Virus record (IMG/VR): IMGVR_UViG_3300022562_000702
Strand: one strand, 5' to 3'
From: a virus
Length of the DNA stretch: 64,000 nt
This document shows, piece by piece, positions 27,533 to 37,600 of this stretch. How positions within the stretch are numbered: the stretch's first letter is position 1; each line of letters begins with the position of its first letter. The notes beneath the pieces were generated by a model. That model saw nothing but the letters and a program-made list of their open reading frames with translations. It did not search any database and was not told the origin of the DNA. A program made the translations under genes and the position numbers.

Positions 27533-29887
27533 TTAGAATGTATCTGCGTTCTCAGCGAAGCTTCCTGTTCGGTGGACTGAGAACTCGATGAAGATGAACT
27601 CCGCAGCCCGGATCGGGATGACGCCAACTCGTGCTCGCATTTCATTGCGGTCGATAACGTCTGGAGTATTCAGTTCTTCATCACACTTGACTCGGAAGTC
27701 ATCTACGCCTCGTCCAACCTGAATCTCTGTGAGAATGGCGGTTGCGATTCTGATGAACTTCTGTCGCAAGATCTCGTCATGCGGATCGAAGAGCAACTGG
27801 CGAGAGGCCGCACGGATTCGTTTCTCGATCACGAACATGAGTCGTCTCACATTCACACGGTCGAGAGCCGTTGGGCGTCGTTGCAGTGTCTTCTGGCCCC
27901 AGACAAGGAAGCCGTCGAAGTCCACGAACTGCACAATCGGGTTGATTGCGTTTCTGTAGCCGTACATCAGGTCACGTTCTTCAAGCGTTGGTCGGCTGAA
28001 GACATCTGTGATCTGCGGGACGATACCTCGGGTCACACCGGCTGGTGCGAACCACGGGGCCGACAACTGATCGCTTCGAGCGATGGTAGCCATGATCGAT
28101 CCCGAAGGAGGACACCACACGTCTACTCTGTTGAAGTTGTCACGCAGCTTGACCCACGGCCAGTACAGAGCACCGAAGTCGCTGTCGAATCGAGTGGTGT
28201 TCAGCGGGTGAGCACCATTCTGCCAATCGATGATTTCCTGAACGGTCAAACCGAACGGAGGATCGATGATTGCCAAGCAGTCCATACGCACGTTCTGGCA
28301 CAGATCCAACAGGGCTGTAACAACAGTTGTGCTGCTGTGGCCCGGAACTGCGATCAGGTCGATGTCGATCTGCTCGGGTTCGCTGAGAGCGAAGATGCCT
28401 GTAAAGGCAAGTTGATTTCCGACGATCAGAGCATCTTGCAAGTCAGGATCAGATGGGATACCGTCCGAGCCCCCAGAGAGGGAGTAGGTGCCATCCAGCG
28501 GCGGTGCCGAAATCGAGGTGTTGTCTTCGATACGGAGCCAATCACTCACGAGTGAGATGAAGGTCTCAACATAGAAGCGAGAGTTCTGATCTTTCGTCAG
28601 ACCACCCCAAGATTCGACCTGCACACCGTTGTTATAAACCTGAATGATGAAGTTGCCTTCTCGTACATTGTTTTCAACGACGATCTGAGTCTGGTTGCCG
28701 TCGATACCCGCCGAGTCTGCCATAGCCGTGAAGGTGATGGCCCCGAGGGCATTCGCCGAACCGTTGATTCGACCGTAAGTTGCAATTGCTGCATCGCCCG
28801 ATGTTCCGATTGGGCTCAGACCAGCCTTGGTAACGGACTCGAAACCAAAGATGTCCAATGCAGTGCTGTCAGGCTTGAGAAGCATTCGGGCGTCTCGACC
28901 ATGGTGGTCGGTCGTGAATGTCAGGTTGTCACCAGTTGCACTGGCTGTCCAACCGCCCGGCAGAGTTCCGCCGTTCTCAACCTTCTGCGAGTTGATTTCT
29001 GTAACGACTTCAGCAATCGTTACCTCTGTTCCTTCCAAAGCGGCCAGATCGATTGTCTGAACCACGTTGTCGATCAGAACATTGTCCGTACCGTCGATGA
29101 CGATCAGGATGTTCTGGTCAGTCAGACCTGCGAAGTCGTACTCGCCTGCGACCTGATACGAAGCTGGGTATCTGTCTTTGCTACCAGTGATTGTGGCTTG
29201 CGTCATACCAGTACCAAGACCGGTGACGTTGCCGTCCACAACCAAACCGCCATAGATGGCGTCTTGAACAGAGACGAATTCCAGTTCGGCATCAGGACCA
29301 AAGGCCCATGTTGTTCGCACGCCGATCTTGGTGTCCGTGGTGTGGCTGAAGAACTCGATACCATCAATGCTACCGTCAAGCTGTAGGTTCAGGTCTTCTG
29401 CCAATTGTGCCGCAGTGTATGTTCCGGCCAACACCACCAATGTCTTCGAGTGAAGAACGCTGTTCAGTCTCCATCGGAAGAAGGAGTCATCAGCGAAGGT
29501 GTATGGTCCAGCGGTGTCAGATTCAACACTGATCTGCCCACCAGCAGAAGGAACATCTACTGATGCCGTTTGTGCTGCTTCGTCACTTACGGCGTCCTCA
29601 TCAGCAACACGGACAACATAAAGTTCGTTTGCAATGAGGAGGTATTGTTCTGCTGCATAGATGAGGTAAGGATCGCCAGATTCAGGATGTGGGTATCCAA
29701 ACACTGTGTTCAGTTGTCTCTGGGTGGCGATCAATGTGGGAACATTAACCGGACCCTTGCTGGCGAAGCCAACAAGACCTGCACGGTGGAAGGATTGCTC
29801 CGGTGCAACGAAGCTGAGATCCTTTTCGGTGATTCTTACGCTCGGTGAAATTGTGTTCGACGGTGGAAATCCCCTTAAAATAGCCAT
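27533..29887 (-). CDS. contractile tail sheath protein
   Basis: 784 aa. The C-terminal region (…FDPHDEILRQKFIRIATAILTEIQVGRGVDDFRVKCDEELNTPDVIDRNEMRARVGVIPIRAAEFIFIEF) has the conserved sheath C-terminal domain pattern. Tube genes follow. Confidence 0.85.
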   Translation of the reverse strand: MAILRGFPPSNTISPSVRITEKDLSFVAPEQSFHRAGLVGFASKGPVNVPTLIATQRQLNTVFGYPHPESGDPYLIYAAEQYLLIANELYVVRVADEDAVSDEAAQTASVDVPSAGGQISVESDTAGPYTFADDSFFRWRLNSVLHSKTLVVLAGTYTAAQLAEDLNLQLDGSIDGIEFFSHTTDTKIGVRTTWAFGPDAELEFVSVQDAIYGGLVVDGNVTGLGTGMTQATITGSKDRYPASYQVAGEYDFAGLTDQNILIVIDGTDNVLIDNVVQTIDLAALEGTEVTIAEVVTEINSQKVENGGTLPGGWTASATGDNLTFTTDHHGRDARMLLKPDSTALDIFGFESVTKAGLSPIGTSGDAAIATYGRINGSANALGAITFTAMADSAGIDGNQTQIVVENNVREGNFIIQVYNNGVQVESWGGLTKDQNSRFYVETFISLVSDWLRIEDNTSISAPPLDGTYSLSGGSDGIPSDPDLQDALIVGNQLAFTGIFALSEPEQIDIDLIAVPGHSSTTVVTALLDLCQNVRMDCLAIIDPPFGLTVQEIIDWQNGAHPLNTTRFDSDFGALYWPWVKLRDNFNRVDVWCPPSGSIMATIARSDQLSAPWFAPAGVTRGIVPQITDVFSRPTLEERDLMYGYRNAINPIVQFVDFDGFLVWGQKTLQRRPTALDRVNVRRLMFVIEKRIRAASRQLLFDPHDEILRQKFIRIATAILTEIQVGRGVDDFRVKCDEELNTPDVIDRNEMRARVGVIPIRAAEFIFIEFSVHRTGSFAENADTF

Positions 29888-29890
29888 CTG

Positions 29891-30115
29891 TTAATCTCCC
29901 TTGCGAATTTCTTGGTTAGGAATGTATCTAGTGGAGATGAAGCCATCTTTCTCCAGCCTATCGATGTATTCCGTGTGTAATTCGTCTTCGATACGCCTGA
30001 CGTTTTGATTCTTGCCGACTCCCGGAATGTTTAAGGTCGTGAACTGGCGAGGGGCCGTCCTTGATCTCACAATCACTTGGATAGGGCTCTTGAGTTTGTT
30101 TTTGATCTCAATCAT
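29891..30115 (-). CDS. hypothetical small protein upstream of sheath
   Basis: 74-aa ORF with start/stop overlaps to neighbours. Confidence 0.35.
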   Translation of the reverse strand: MIEIKNKLKSPIQVIVRSRTAPRQFTTLNIPGVGKNQNVRRIEDELHTEYIDRLEKDGFISTRYIPNQEIRKGD

Positions 30116-31128
30116 TCTTCCAATTCCTTTACTGCTTGTTCCAACCTTGCCAAGACTTCGGTAATGTCGTCGTCGTTTGGATGATCGGTGATTTCCACTC
30201 TGGTTTTCAGAACAGCCTTTTTTCTAACAATCGGTTGAGCGACGAATGTTTCAGCCGTCACTCCGAATTGATACTTAAAGACTCTTACTGCTTGATCCCC
30301 CGGTTCAACGTCCACGTTATTAGCGATGGAATCAATTTTTACACCTATCTCCCAAGCGATGCCTCTTACCCGTATGTATGCCAACGGGCTAAATTTTGTG
30401 ACGATTTGAGTGAGAATCTGATTCATGTCCTCTTCGTACAAAGTCCATGCGTAAAGCGTGTAGCCAATGTCGATTGGGATACCTCTCGAAACACCGAAAA
30501 TTGTGTCCCGTTCATACTTCTCACTGACTGTGAAGCCCGGCTTCCAGTCATTTTTCATCGTCCTTAAATAATCGATGGCCTTGTGGTAGGTGTAGCGGTT
30601 CTGGTTGTAGTTGTACTGAGTGGCATTGATCGCCAACATTGGCAATCGAACACGATCAACTACAAGGCTTTCGTCTTTTCTGACGTTCTCTTGAAGGATG
30701 TAGGCTGCGGCCTTCTCCTGAGTTGCCCAAATGATGGGGATCTGATGAGCCTTCCCTGATTCATCTAAGACTACAATATCACGAAACAAATCCATCACGG
30801 CTTCATCAGTCCCTCGAATCGATTTGGCGTATCGGTAGACTGTGTTACGATTGGGTTTACTTAAACCTTGTTCGTTAATGATGTGACCGGTCTGTTGTGG
30901 ATCGCAAAGAGCACTTGCCCCTTGCCCGAGTTTGCTTTGGGTCGCTTGCTCCAGCCACGACATGTCACGTCCTGTAACGTCCTTCTGACTATCAAGAAAT
31001 GGCTTATGATCCAACGTGCCTGAATCTTTGTCCGTTTCGCCATCCCGACAATAGGGTGGCGGCGTGTCGATGTTCAAGCTCGGGATCTGGCCCGGTTCGT
31101 TACAAGGATTGAGATCTGGTTCTGACAT
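30112..31128 (-). CDS. hypothetical protein, possibly tail/neck-associated by position
   Basis: 338-aa ORF immediately upstream of the sheath module. Confidence 0.4.
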   Translation of the reverse strand: MSEPDLNPCNEPGQIPSLNIDTPPPYCRDGETDKDSGTLDHKPFLDSQKDVTGRDMSWLEQATQSKLGQGASALCDPQQTGHIINEQGLSKPNRNTVYRYAKSIRGTDEAVMDLFRDIVVLDESGKAHQIPIIWATQEKAAAYILQENVRKDESLVVDRVRLPMLAINATQYNYNQNRYTYHKAIDYLRTMKNDWKPGFTVSEKYERDTIFGVSRGIPIDIGYTLYAWTLYEEDMNQILTQIVTKFSPLAYIRVRGIAWEIGVKIDSIANNVDVEPGDQAVRVFKYQFGVTAETFVAQPIVRKKAVLKTRVEITDHPNDDDITEVLARLEQAVKELEE

Positions 31129-31192
31129 TTATGCCTCTGCTTATTTATGCGGTTCTGGTGTGTTTCTGACTCTAATAAGATGGTGCCCCATC

Positions 31193-31333
31193 ATGAAACC
31201 ATACAAGATAATTAAGACACAACATTCCAAGAAGAAGCCGGTTATCATCAACAAGCTTCATGCGCCCAGAATTCCTCTGCGGTTCTTTAAGGCAAAGAAG
31301 CCGTATCTCAAGAAGTACGAAATCGAGTGGTAG
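31193..31333 (+). CDS. very basic 46-aa ORF on opposite strand inside a minus-strand intergenic gap
   Basis: MKPYKIIKTQHSKKKPVIINKLHAPRIPLRFFKAKKPYLKKYEIEW. No clear Shine-Dalgarno. Confidence 0.15.
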   Translation: MKPYKIIKTQHSKKKPVIINKLHAPRIPLRFFKAKKPYLKKYEIEW

Positions 31334-31334
31334 G

Positions 31335-31934
31335 TTATTGAGGCCCCTGCTGCCCGCCAGCCAAACCCAAGTCTGTGCCGCTTCCCAGATCCTTGACGCT
31401 GTTGATCTTGAAGTCCGGTTCCCTCTGTGTGACTTTGCCTTCGCCAGTCGTAAGCGACTCCTGAAAGCGTTGGCACATGACCTGAAGTCGGAGTTCTCCC
31501 CAAAGCTTGAAGACCTCGACGTTACGCTGAATGATCACCCAGTTCTCCCGCTTGTGCGGCGTGAAGATGCGCCCTCCAATTTTTGGAGCGTGACCAATCT
31601 GAGCAAGGACGTGGCGATAGTTGAACTCAAACATCATCTCGTCTGGTGAGTCGATACCGAAAGCCGTCATGGCATTCTGAGAATGGATCGGCTCGTAGTA
31701 TCCTGTGATGCAGATCGGATGCTGAGACCAAAGCTTGTCACGAGCTTCAACATACAAGTTGTCGATGTTGTTGACGTTGATGAACAAGTCGTAATAGAAG
31801 AGTGGCGAGCCGCCGATCTCAATCACTTCTTGGTCCCAAATGTTGAAGAGATCGTGCTCGGGATTCTCCGGGTCAAACTGTTGCAGTGTGCCCGTTACGT
31901 TGTACTTTGATCCGTCTGGGTTGAATATCGCCAT
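31335..31934 (-). CDS. hypothetical protein
   Basis: 199-aa ORF. Confidence 0.45.
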   Translation of the reverse strand: MAIFNPDGSKYNVTGTLQQFDPENPEHDLFNIWDQEVIEIGGSPLFYYDLFINVNNIDNLYVEARDKLWSQHPICITGYYEPIHSQNAMTAFGIDSPDEMMFEFNYRHVLAQIGHAPKIGGRIFTPHKRENWVIIQRNVEVFKLWGELRLQVMCQRFQESLTTGEGKVTQREPDFKINSVKDLGSGTDLGLAGGQQGPQ

Positions 31935-32026
31935 GCCATTATGTAGGTGTTCTTAACTCAGTTTCCGGTTATTGAGGGATACATAAGACAGATCGAGAGA
32001 ATTGTCTCGCAAACAGGAGGTTTCAA

Positions 32027-32203
32027 ATGCCGAAGAAAGTTGAATTGTTCGGGTGGATTTTTGGCAGCGACAAAAAGTACACCGTCGAAGACGTGAAGTA
32101 TCTCATTGAACGTGTCAAGGAATTCAATGCTGGTTGTATTGACGAGTACCTTTCCAAGCACGTCGATGAGGTATTCAAAAAGTGGCTTGAAGAACACAAT
32201 TAA
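32027..32203 (+). CDS. small hypothetical protein (58 aa) not in the supplied ORF track
   Basis: AGGAGG Shine-Dalgarno 8 nt upstream of the ATG. Translates as MPKKVELFGWIFGSDKKYTVEDVKYLIERVKEFNAGCIDEYLSKHVDEVFKKWLEEHN. Followed directly by the Shine-Dalgarno and ATG of the next gene. Confidence 0.5.
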   Translation: MPKKVELFGWIFGSDKKYTVEDVKYLIERVKEFNAGCIDEYLSKHVDEVFKKWLEEHN

Positions 32204-32214
32204 GGAGGACCATC

Positions 32215-32709
32215 ATGGATATCCAACTCAAAGACGCATCGAATCCAGTAGGTGCGGTAATCGCAGATGAAGGTATCGACAACTTCATCACAGTCATGTC
32301 ATCCGTTTGGGACTCAGAGAAGGAAGATGTTCCTTGGTACAAGCCATGGAAGAGAATCAGCTTCACTAGAGTCACCGACTTCTTGATGAAGTCTCTGGAT
32401 GACCTCATCGCATACGTCGATGATTATGTCGATGCAAATGGTGCAGATAAGAAGGCCACAGTGCTCGATGCCATCAGCCGTCTCTATGACTATGTTGTCG
32501 TCGAAGCCATGCCCATCTTCCTGAAACCATTTGCTGGTTCCATCAAGAACTACATCATCAATGACTTGATTTCCACAGCCATCGACTGGATCGTGGACAA
32601 GTATCGCAATGGGGAGTGGAGAAAGAAGGACAGTGCCGAACTGAAAGCACTGTGGGCCGCTGAAGTCGCAGCACTGAGTGCTGTGCCCGGTGGCATGTTG
32701 CCTAACTAA
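32215..32709 (+). CDS. hypothetical protein
   Basis: 164-aa ORF with a GGAGG Shine-Dalgarno. Confidence 0.5.
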   Translation: MDIQLKDASNPVGAVIADEGIDNFITVMSSVWDSEKEDVPWYKPWKRISFTRVTDFLMKSLDDLIAYVDDYVDANGADKKATVLDAISRLYDYVVVEAMPIFLKPFAGSIKNYIINDLISTAIDWIVDKYRNGEWRKKDSAELKALWAAEVAALSAVPGGMLPN

Positions 32710-32727
32710 CAACAACAAAAAAGAAAA

Positions 32728-32754
32728 GCCCATGTGTCTCACATGGGCTTTTTT
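32728..32754. terminator. bidirectional rho-independent terminator (9-bp stem GCCCATGTG/CACATGGGC, T6 downstream, A-run upstream)
   Basis: Read in the sequence between convergent genes. Confidence 0.7.
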
Positions 32755-32755
32755 G

Positions 32756-33031
32756 TTAGCCTCGATATTCAAGTCCGAAGAACTTGTGGAATTCCTCGTC
32801 CGACATGGGCTTCCCCAACTTCGTCGGGTTATGCCCTGAATCCTTCATCTGCTGGAAGTAATTTTGCATGTCGTCAGCAGCCACTTGCCCCATATCCTCA
32901 TCAGATAGAGGCCGTAGCTCCGCACCCGATCCCGAGTAACCCATTGTCTGTAGTTTGTACTCGGTGGGAGGCGGGACATCAGCATAGGGCTCACCATTGA
33001 GCCTGTTCCAAAATTGACAGAAGTTATCCAT
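32756..33031 (-). CDS. hypothetical protein
   Basis: 91-aa ORF. Confidence 0.4.
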   Translation of the reverse strand: MDNFCQFWNRLNGEPYADVPPPTEYKLQTMGYSGSGAELRPLSDEDMGQVAADDMQNYFQQMKDSGHNPTKLGKPMSDEEFHKFFGLEYRG

Positions 33032-33033
33032 GC

Positions 33034-33435
33034 TTAGCTCAATGTCAGTTTCGCTGTGATCGAAATCGTTCCACCGCCATCCGGGATATCGAACGGAGCA
33101 CCCGAGAATCGCTCCAACCAGAGAAGCTGGCCTGTCTCGTTGGTCACATAGTAGCCATAAGACGTGGCGTTCGTCGTGAATGTGAAGGTTTGCTCGGAGT
33201 AGACGGCTGTGGTCACACCACCAGATTGAGTCGTGGTCCAGTTGGCCGACAACAGGGTGATGGAAGCATAGCCCGTCGAACCAGCCACTTCTGTCAGATC
33301 ACCAACCACCGTGGAATCGGATGGGGTCACATCGTTCGAGAATAGGTGAATTACTGGGTTGTCGGCATTGACCATGCCGACGATGTATTGGAGAAGTAGA
33401 ATCTCTCCATGAACGTCAGGACATACAAGAGTCAT
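33034..33435 (-). CDS. hypothetical protein (Thr/Ser/Gly-rich, beta-rich)
   Basis: 133-aa ORF. Confidence 0.4.
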   Translation of the reverse strand: MTLVCPDVHGEILLLQYIVGMVNADNPVIHLFSNDVTPSDSTVVGDLTEVAGSTGYASITLLSANWTTTQSGGVTTAVYSEQTFTFTTNATSYGYYVTNETGQLLWLERFSGAPFDIPDGGGTISITAKLTLS

Positions 33436-33483
33436 TTCTTTCTCCCTTTTCGTTTCTTGTGTGGGTTCTTCTTATATAGAAAC

Positions 33484-33514
33484 GGGAGAGTGAATTTCCG
33501 AAGGGAGAGTGAAT
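33484..33514 (+). promoter_or_regulatory. two 12-bp direct repeats, GGGAGAGTGAAT, 7 nt apart; the second overlaps the RBS of the HTH gene
   Basis: Read in the sequence. TTATATAG lies just upstream. Confidence 0.4.
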
Positions 33515-33515
33515 A

Positions 33516-33731
33516 ATGGCCCGGCCCAAGCAGATTGCCCAAGAAACCGTCTATGAAATTCGACGATTGTATGCCGAAGGTAGTCAGACTCAGACTGAGT
33601 TGGCTAAGTCATTTGGGCTCAGCCAGAGCACGATTTGTAAGATTGTGAACAACTACATACACAAGACCACCGCTAACCTAATCATGGGAGGCGAAGCCGA
33701 AGTTAGGGTAGGATACAGACATGGCGATTAA
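33516..33731 (+). CDS. small helix-turn-helix DNA-binding protein
   Basis: ELAKSFGLSQSTICKIVNN is an HTH pattern. 71 aa. Confidence 0.5.
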   Translation: MARPKQIAQETVYEIRRLYAEGSQTQTELAKSFGLSQSTICKIVNNYIHKTTANLIMGGEAEVRVGYRHGD

Positions 33732-34398
33732 AGACAAAGACGGTAATGTCTACAAATTGAGGGGCGTCAATCCAATCATGCGGGATCAAGCAGATTGGGA
33801 TAAGAAGCGGATGCAACTCATCAACATGAAAGAGTGGAAGTCAGAAGTCATCAACGACGAACGGAATCCCGTCGAGAAGTTTAAGACAGACTTCAATGTC
33901 GTCGAGATTGGCGAAGAACTGGGATTGTTTGAAGGCCCTGAGCCGCCCGAAACCGAAGTCATCAAGGCCAAAGATTTCATTGACGACATCAACTCGGTGG
34001 CCGTCGAAGAACCACCAGCCCCGCCCGTAGAACCAAAGGTCGAAGAGCCTGTCGTGCTGAATTTGGACGCCCGTATGGCTCGACTCATCCGTGAGCGAGG
34101 GGCCGAGTATTACTGCGCCCCCGCCATTGGCGTCAAAGAATATCGAGATGATCTCTATGGCACGTCTTACAACACTGTGCAGTACGGCGATCAGTTTGTC
34201 TTCGATGCTGTGGTCATCGACCAGTCTGATTTGGAATTGCAGTTCTGGTGCGTGCGGCCAGTCACCATCAATTCGGTGATCTATAAGAAGCACCGACAGG
34301 GCGGCGAACGCTGGTGGAGAGTGCGAGACTTAGAACCCAAGACGGGCGGATATCTGGTATCCGCTATTGTGTCGGATTCGAATCCTGACTTTTCATAG
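33721..34398 (+). CDS. hypothetical protein with acidic Pro-rich central linker
   Basis: 225-aa ORF. Confidence 0.45.
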   Translation: MAIKDKDGNVYKLRGVNPIMRDQADWDKKRMQLINMKEWKSEVINDERNPVEKFKTDFNVVEIGEELGLFEGPEPPETEVIKAKDFIDDINSVAVEEPPAPPVEPKVEEPVVLNLDARMARLIRERGAEYYCAPAIGVKEYRDDLYGTSYNTVQYGDQFVFDAVVIDQSDLELQFWCVRPVTINSVIYKKHRQGGERWWRVRDLEPKTGGYLVSAIVSDSNPDFS

Positions 34399-34675
34399 GC
34401 TTGTGGGTGATCTTTACTTTGATCCCCAGCTTCTCGGCTTCCTCTTTGTAGTCGCTGATTGCTTTACGATACGCCTTGTCATAAACATGGGCGATCATGG
34501 CTCCCAGTTCTTGAAGATCTGAGTCGGTCTGCAAAGATGCCGAGATACGATCCACGATGGGATCGTACTTGGCGTAGTCTTCTTGGAGAATCTCAAGTAT
34601 CCACTTTTTTAGAGTGAACGCCCTTGGATTCGCCATGTAGCTGATGAAGTTCTTTCGCTTGGTGTTGTCTTCCAC
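34364..34675 (-). CDS. hypothetical protein
   Basis: 103-aa ORF. Confidence 0.4.
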   Translation of the reverse strand: MEDNTKRKNFISYMANPRAFTLKKWILEILQEDYAKYDPIVDRISASLQTDSDLQELGAMIAHVYDKAYRKAISDYKEEAEKLGIKVKITHKPMKSQDSNPTQ

Positions 34676-37600
34676 TATCGAATTCCTTTCTTTCCTGTTG
34701 GATCTTCCTTGGCTGTGTCAGCCTCGCCATCAATGCTTTTTTGGGGAACCCTACCTTGCGGTGGTGCGCCCCACACATTGAACGTGCGACCCTTCTTCTT
34801 TGCCGCTTTGGGATCATAGACAACTTCTGTCTCGGCCAGCCATTGCGAGTAGCTCTTCATCAAGACGTGATCGAATAATCCACTCTTCGGTTTCTTGACC
34901 ACGGGCTCATCGTCATCAAAACTGCTGACAGGTCGTTTCTGCGGTGCTGGAGCAGAAGGAGCAATCTGTTGAGGTCTGGCCTGAGATGCGGCACCACCAA
35001 TCTGAGGCAACTGGTTTTGCACCTTGTGAGGAGCAAAGACCGGTACTGTTCGGCCAGCCAAGTCGTCAGTTCGCTTGCGGCCAATGATTGGACCTTCTTC
35101 GTCGCCGCCGATGTTACCGCCAGCCGATGTTCCCAAATTGAATTGCTTGCCCTTCGACAAGTCGCTTCTCTTGCGTCCACGTCGCAGCTTCTCATATTCC
35201 TGCGACACATCTTCGCCCTTGTCTTTTCTGGCCTGAAGCTGTGCGATGAGCTTGTCCACATCGTCATCATAGCTACCGCCAGCAGACGAAAGGTCGTCGA
35301 TCTGGAACCCAGATCCATATTCGTCATCAGTATCGTCGTGACGGCCAATTTTCTCGTCGTCATCGTACCCGATGTCCTGAAGATATCCCATCTCTTCATC
35401 TTCTTCAGGAGCTTGGATCATGCTCATTGGATCGAATTCTTCTTCGTCGCTGCCAGCACTTCCGCCTTGGCCTCGACCAACTTGTCGGGCATCATATTCA
35501 CGACGTGCATCGGATCGAATTGCACTTGCCGCTGCTCGTTTTCTCCACAACCAACCATTTCTCAAGATGGCTTGGAAAACATCTTGACGGAACATGTTGG
35601 GAGCAACAAACAACTCTTGTCCGGTGTGTGGCTCGGCCCACTGCTGGTTGTTGAAGATCGACTCTTGGATCGCCGGGATAACCTGTTCGATTTCTTCGGG
35701 CTTGAGACCAGCTTCAGCCAGCAGTTTGTAGATGTCTTCGCCCGATCTCTTTTTCAAATCACCATGGCGGAATCGAATGTCCGCAATTCTATCGGCAACA
35801 GCCATCGTGGCTGAGGAAAGGTAGTCTTCGGCTCTCTGACCACGGCCAACTTCAACGCCCTGATATCCAGCCGTCACGGAGACGGGCAGGTCTGGGTACT
35901 TGGTGCTGCGGCGATCACCGTAGTCCTCCAAGTTGTTCATGAAGGCTTCCCACTCGGCTTGATTCTTCTGAGAACTGTAGCCGATACGCATGGTCTGGCC
36001 TTGCCCTGTGTTGACTGTGGCAAAAAGACCGGTGATGTATGGGTTTGTCAAGCTGGACTTCTTCGGCGGCGTGACATACATCCATACGTCTTTGCCGTCA
36101 ACAATCTTTCTCTTGAGAATCTTTTCGTCACCCAGTTCTGGATGGTAAAGTCTCAGGAACTTCTCGTGTTCGCCGAGGTATGAAGCCTCATAGCCTTGCT
36201 CGATGTAATTCTTCACATTGGCGACATGCGATCCTTCTGGAACCACCTCGACCCATGGTGTGTCGGGCGACATGCGGGCGATCTTCTTTACGATGTTCGC
36301 ACCGGGCAATACAATTTTTGTAACCATGACATCATCTGGAATCTGATCCATGGTTTCAGCTTGGTATCGCTTGTCGTGTGGCACCCAGCCCTGTTGCAAC
36401 AGTTTGTCGAATTCCAACGGTTTTTCGCTGGTTGGAGCGAAGTGCGAAACTTGAACGCCGGGAGTCGTGAAGATGTGCTTCTTAGATTGCTCCATTCGTT
36501 CGAAGAGTTCGCTTCGAGGAACAGAAATCTTCTGCCCCTTGTATTTGACCGCAACATCGTTGCCTTGCTCTTGAACCTTGTACCACTCTCCGTTCTTAGC
36601 GTTGCGACGAAGGTGCATGATCTTGCCATCGGGATGACTCAGGGTGAGCAACTTGCCAGCCTTCTTTGGGTCTTCGTTGGGCATCCACCCCGAATCCAAC
36701 AACTTCTGAAACACATCTGGCGTAATCGCCGATGTTGTTTGAGCCGAAGTGACGGCCAAACCGCTCGACCTTGCTGTCGAGAGCATGGATGGAACTGTGC
36801 GATCTTTGTAGTAGCTTCTGCCTCCACGAGTCCAACTGATCTTTCGAGCGATGGTTCCATCTTTCTCATTGAAGATCAGATCGGTCAGGATGTCAGCGGC
36901 CATTTCCTGCTTTGCAGGATTGTCGTTCAAATCTTCCCACTGAGGATCGGCCAAATTCAGCTTGCCTCTTTTGCCAGAGACGGTGATCTCGGCTGGCATG
37001 AACTTGCCGGTCTTCGAATTGCCCAAAGCGTTTGTTGTTGTTTCGCTGGGCTGTTGCGATTCTGGATCGATTTCTGCCGGGAAGGACAACATGTACATCA
37101 AGTTGGCTTTCACAGCGGCCTTGGCGTTGATCCAGTCGTTGGCATCTCCACCAGCTTGCTGCACCTCACCGCCCGAAACGCCTCTGTCGATGATATTCAG
37201 AACATCTTTCAGCAGTGCATCACGAGAAGTCAAAGACTCTTTTGTAATCTGGCCGTCATCAACAAGCTGTCGCAGCCATTCGATTTCTGGAAGTTCCAAG
37301 TCATCAATGCTGCCTCCTTGTGAAACCACATCGACAACTTGCTTCAACATCTCAGAACTTACCTTTTCTGAAAAGTCAAGACGCTTCGACCAATGTGACG
37401 AATACATCGGTGGCTGGAAGCTGCAAGGAGATCTGGTCTCTCCGCTTCCTTGTGGGTCAGCATCAAGTCCAAAGCAGAAGAACTTTCTGCCAGTCTCGGG
37501 ATCTTCTCGCAAACCATCAGAGCCTTCGTCCAAAGACAGGTTGATGCCCTGTTTGCCGAATTCTGGATTCTTGTGAATTGGGTGCTCTCGCCAGTTGCCC

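Noticed and set aside
27779-29386. Plus-strand ORFs of 258 aa and 161 aa
   Set aside because: They are antisense to the tail sheath gene. Arg/Ser-rich shadow frames.
25052-31128. Interpretation of the sheath-tube module as a T6SS or eCIS locus
   Set aside because: No baseplate, spike, PAAR, ClpV/Afp15-type ATPase or tape-measure genes are adjacent. The surrounding gene content (gp55-like sigma, RNR, UDG, methyltransferase) is phage-like, so a phage tail module is the simpler reading. The multiple tube paralogs remain notable.
34860-37576. Several 180-375-aa ORFs on both strands (34860..35399, 34969..35814, 36196..37323, 36962..37576)
   Set aside because: All are embedded within, or antisense to, the 1150-aa ORF. 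Their translations are Ser/Arg/Leu-rich in a way typical of off-frame reading.
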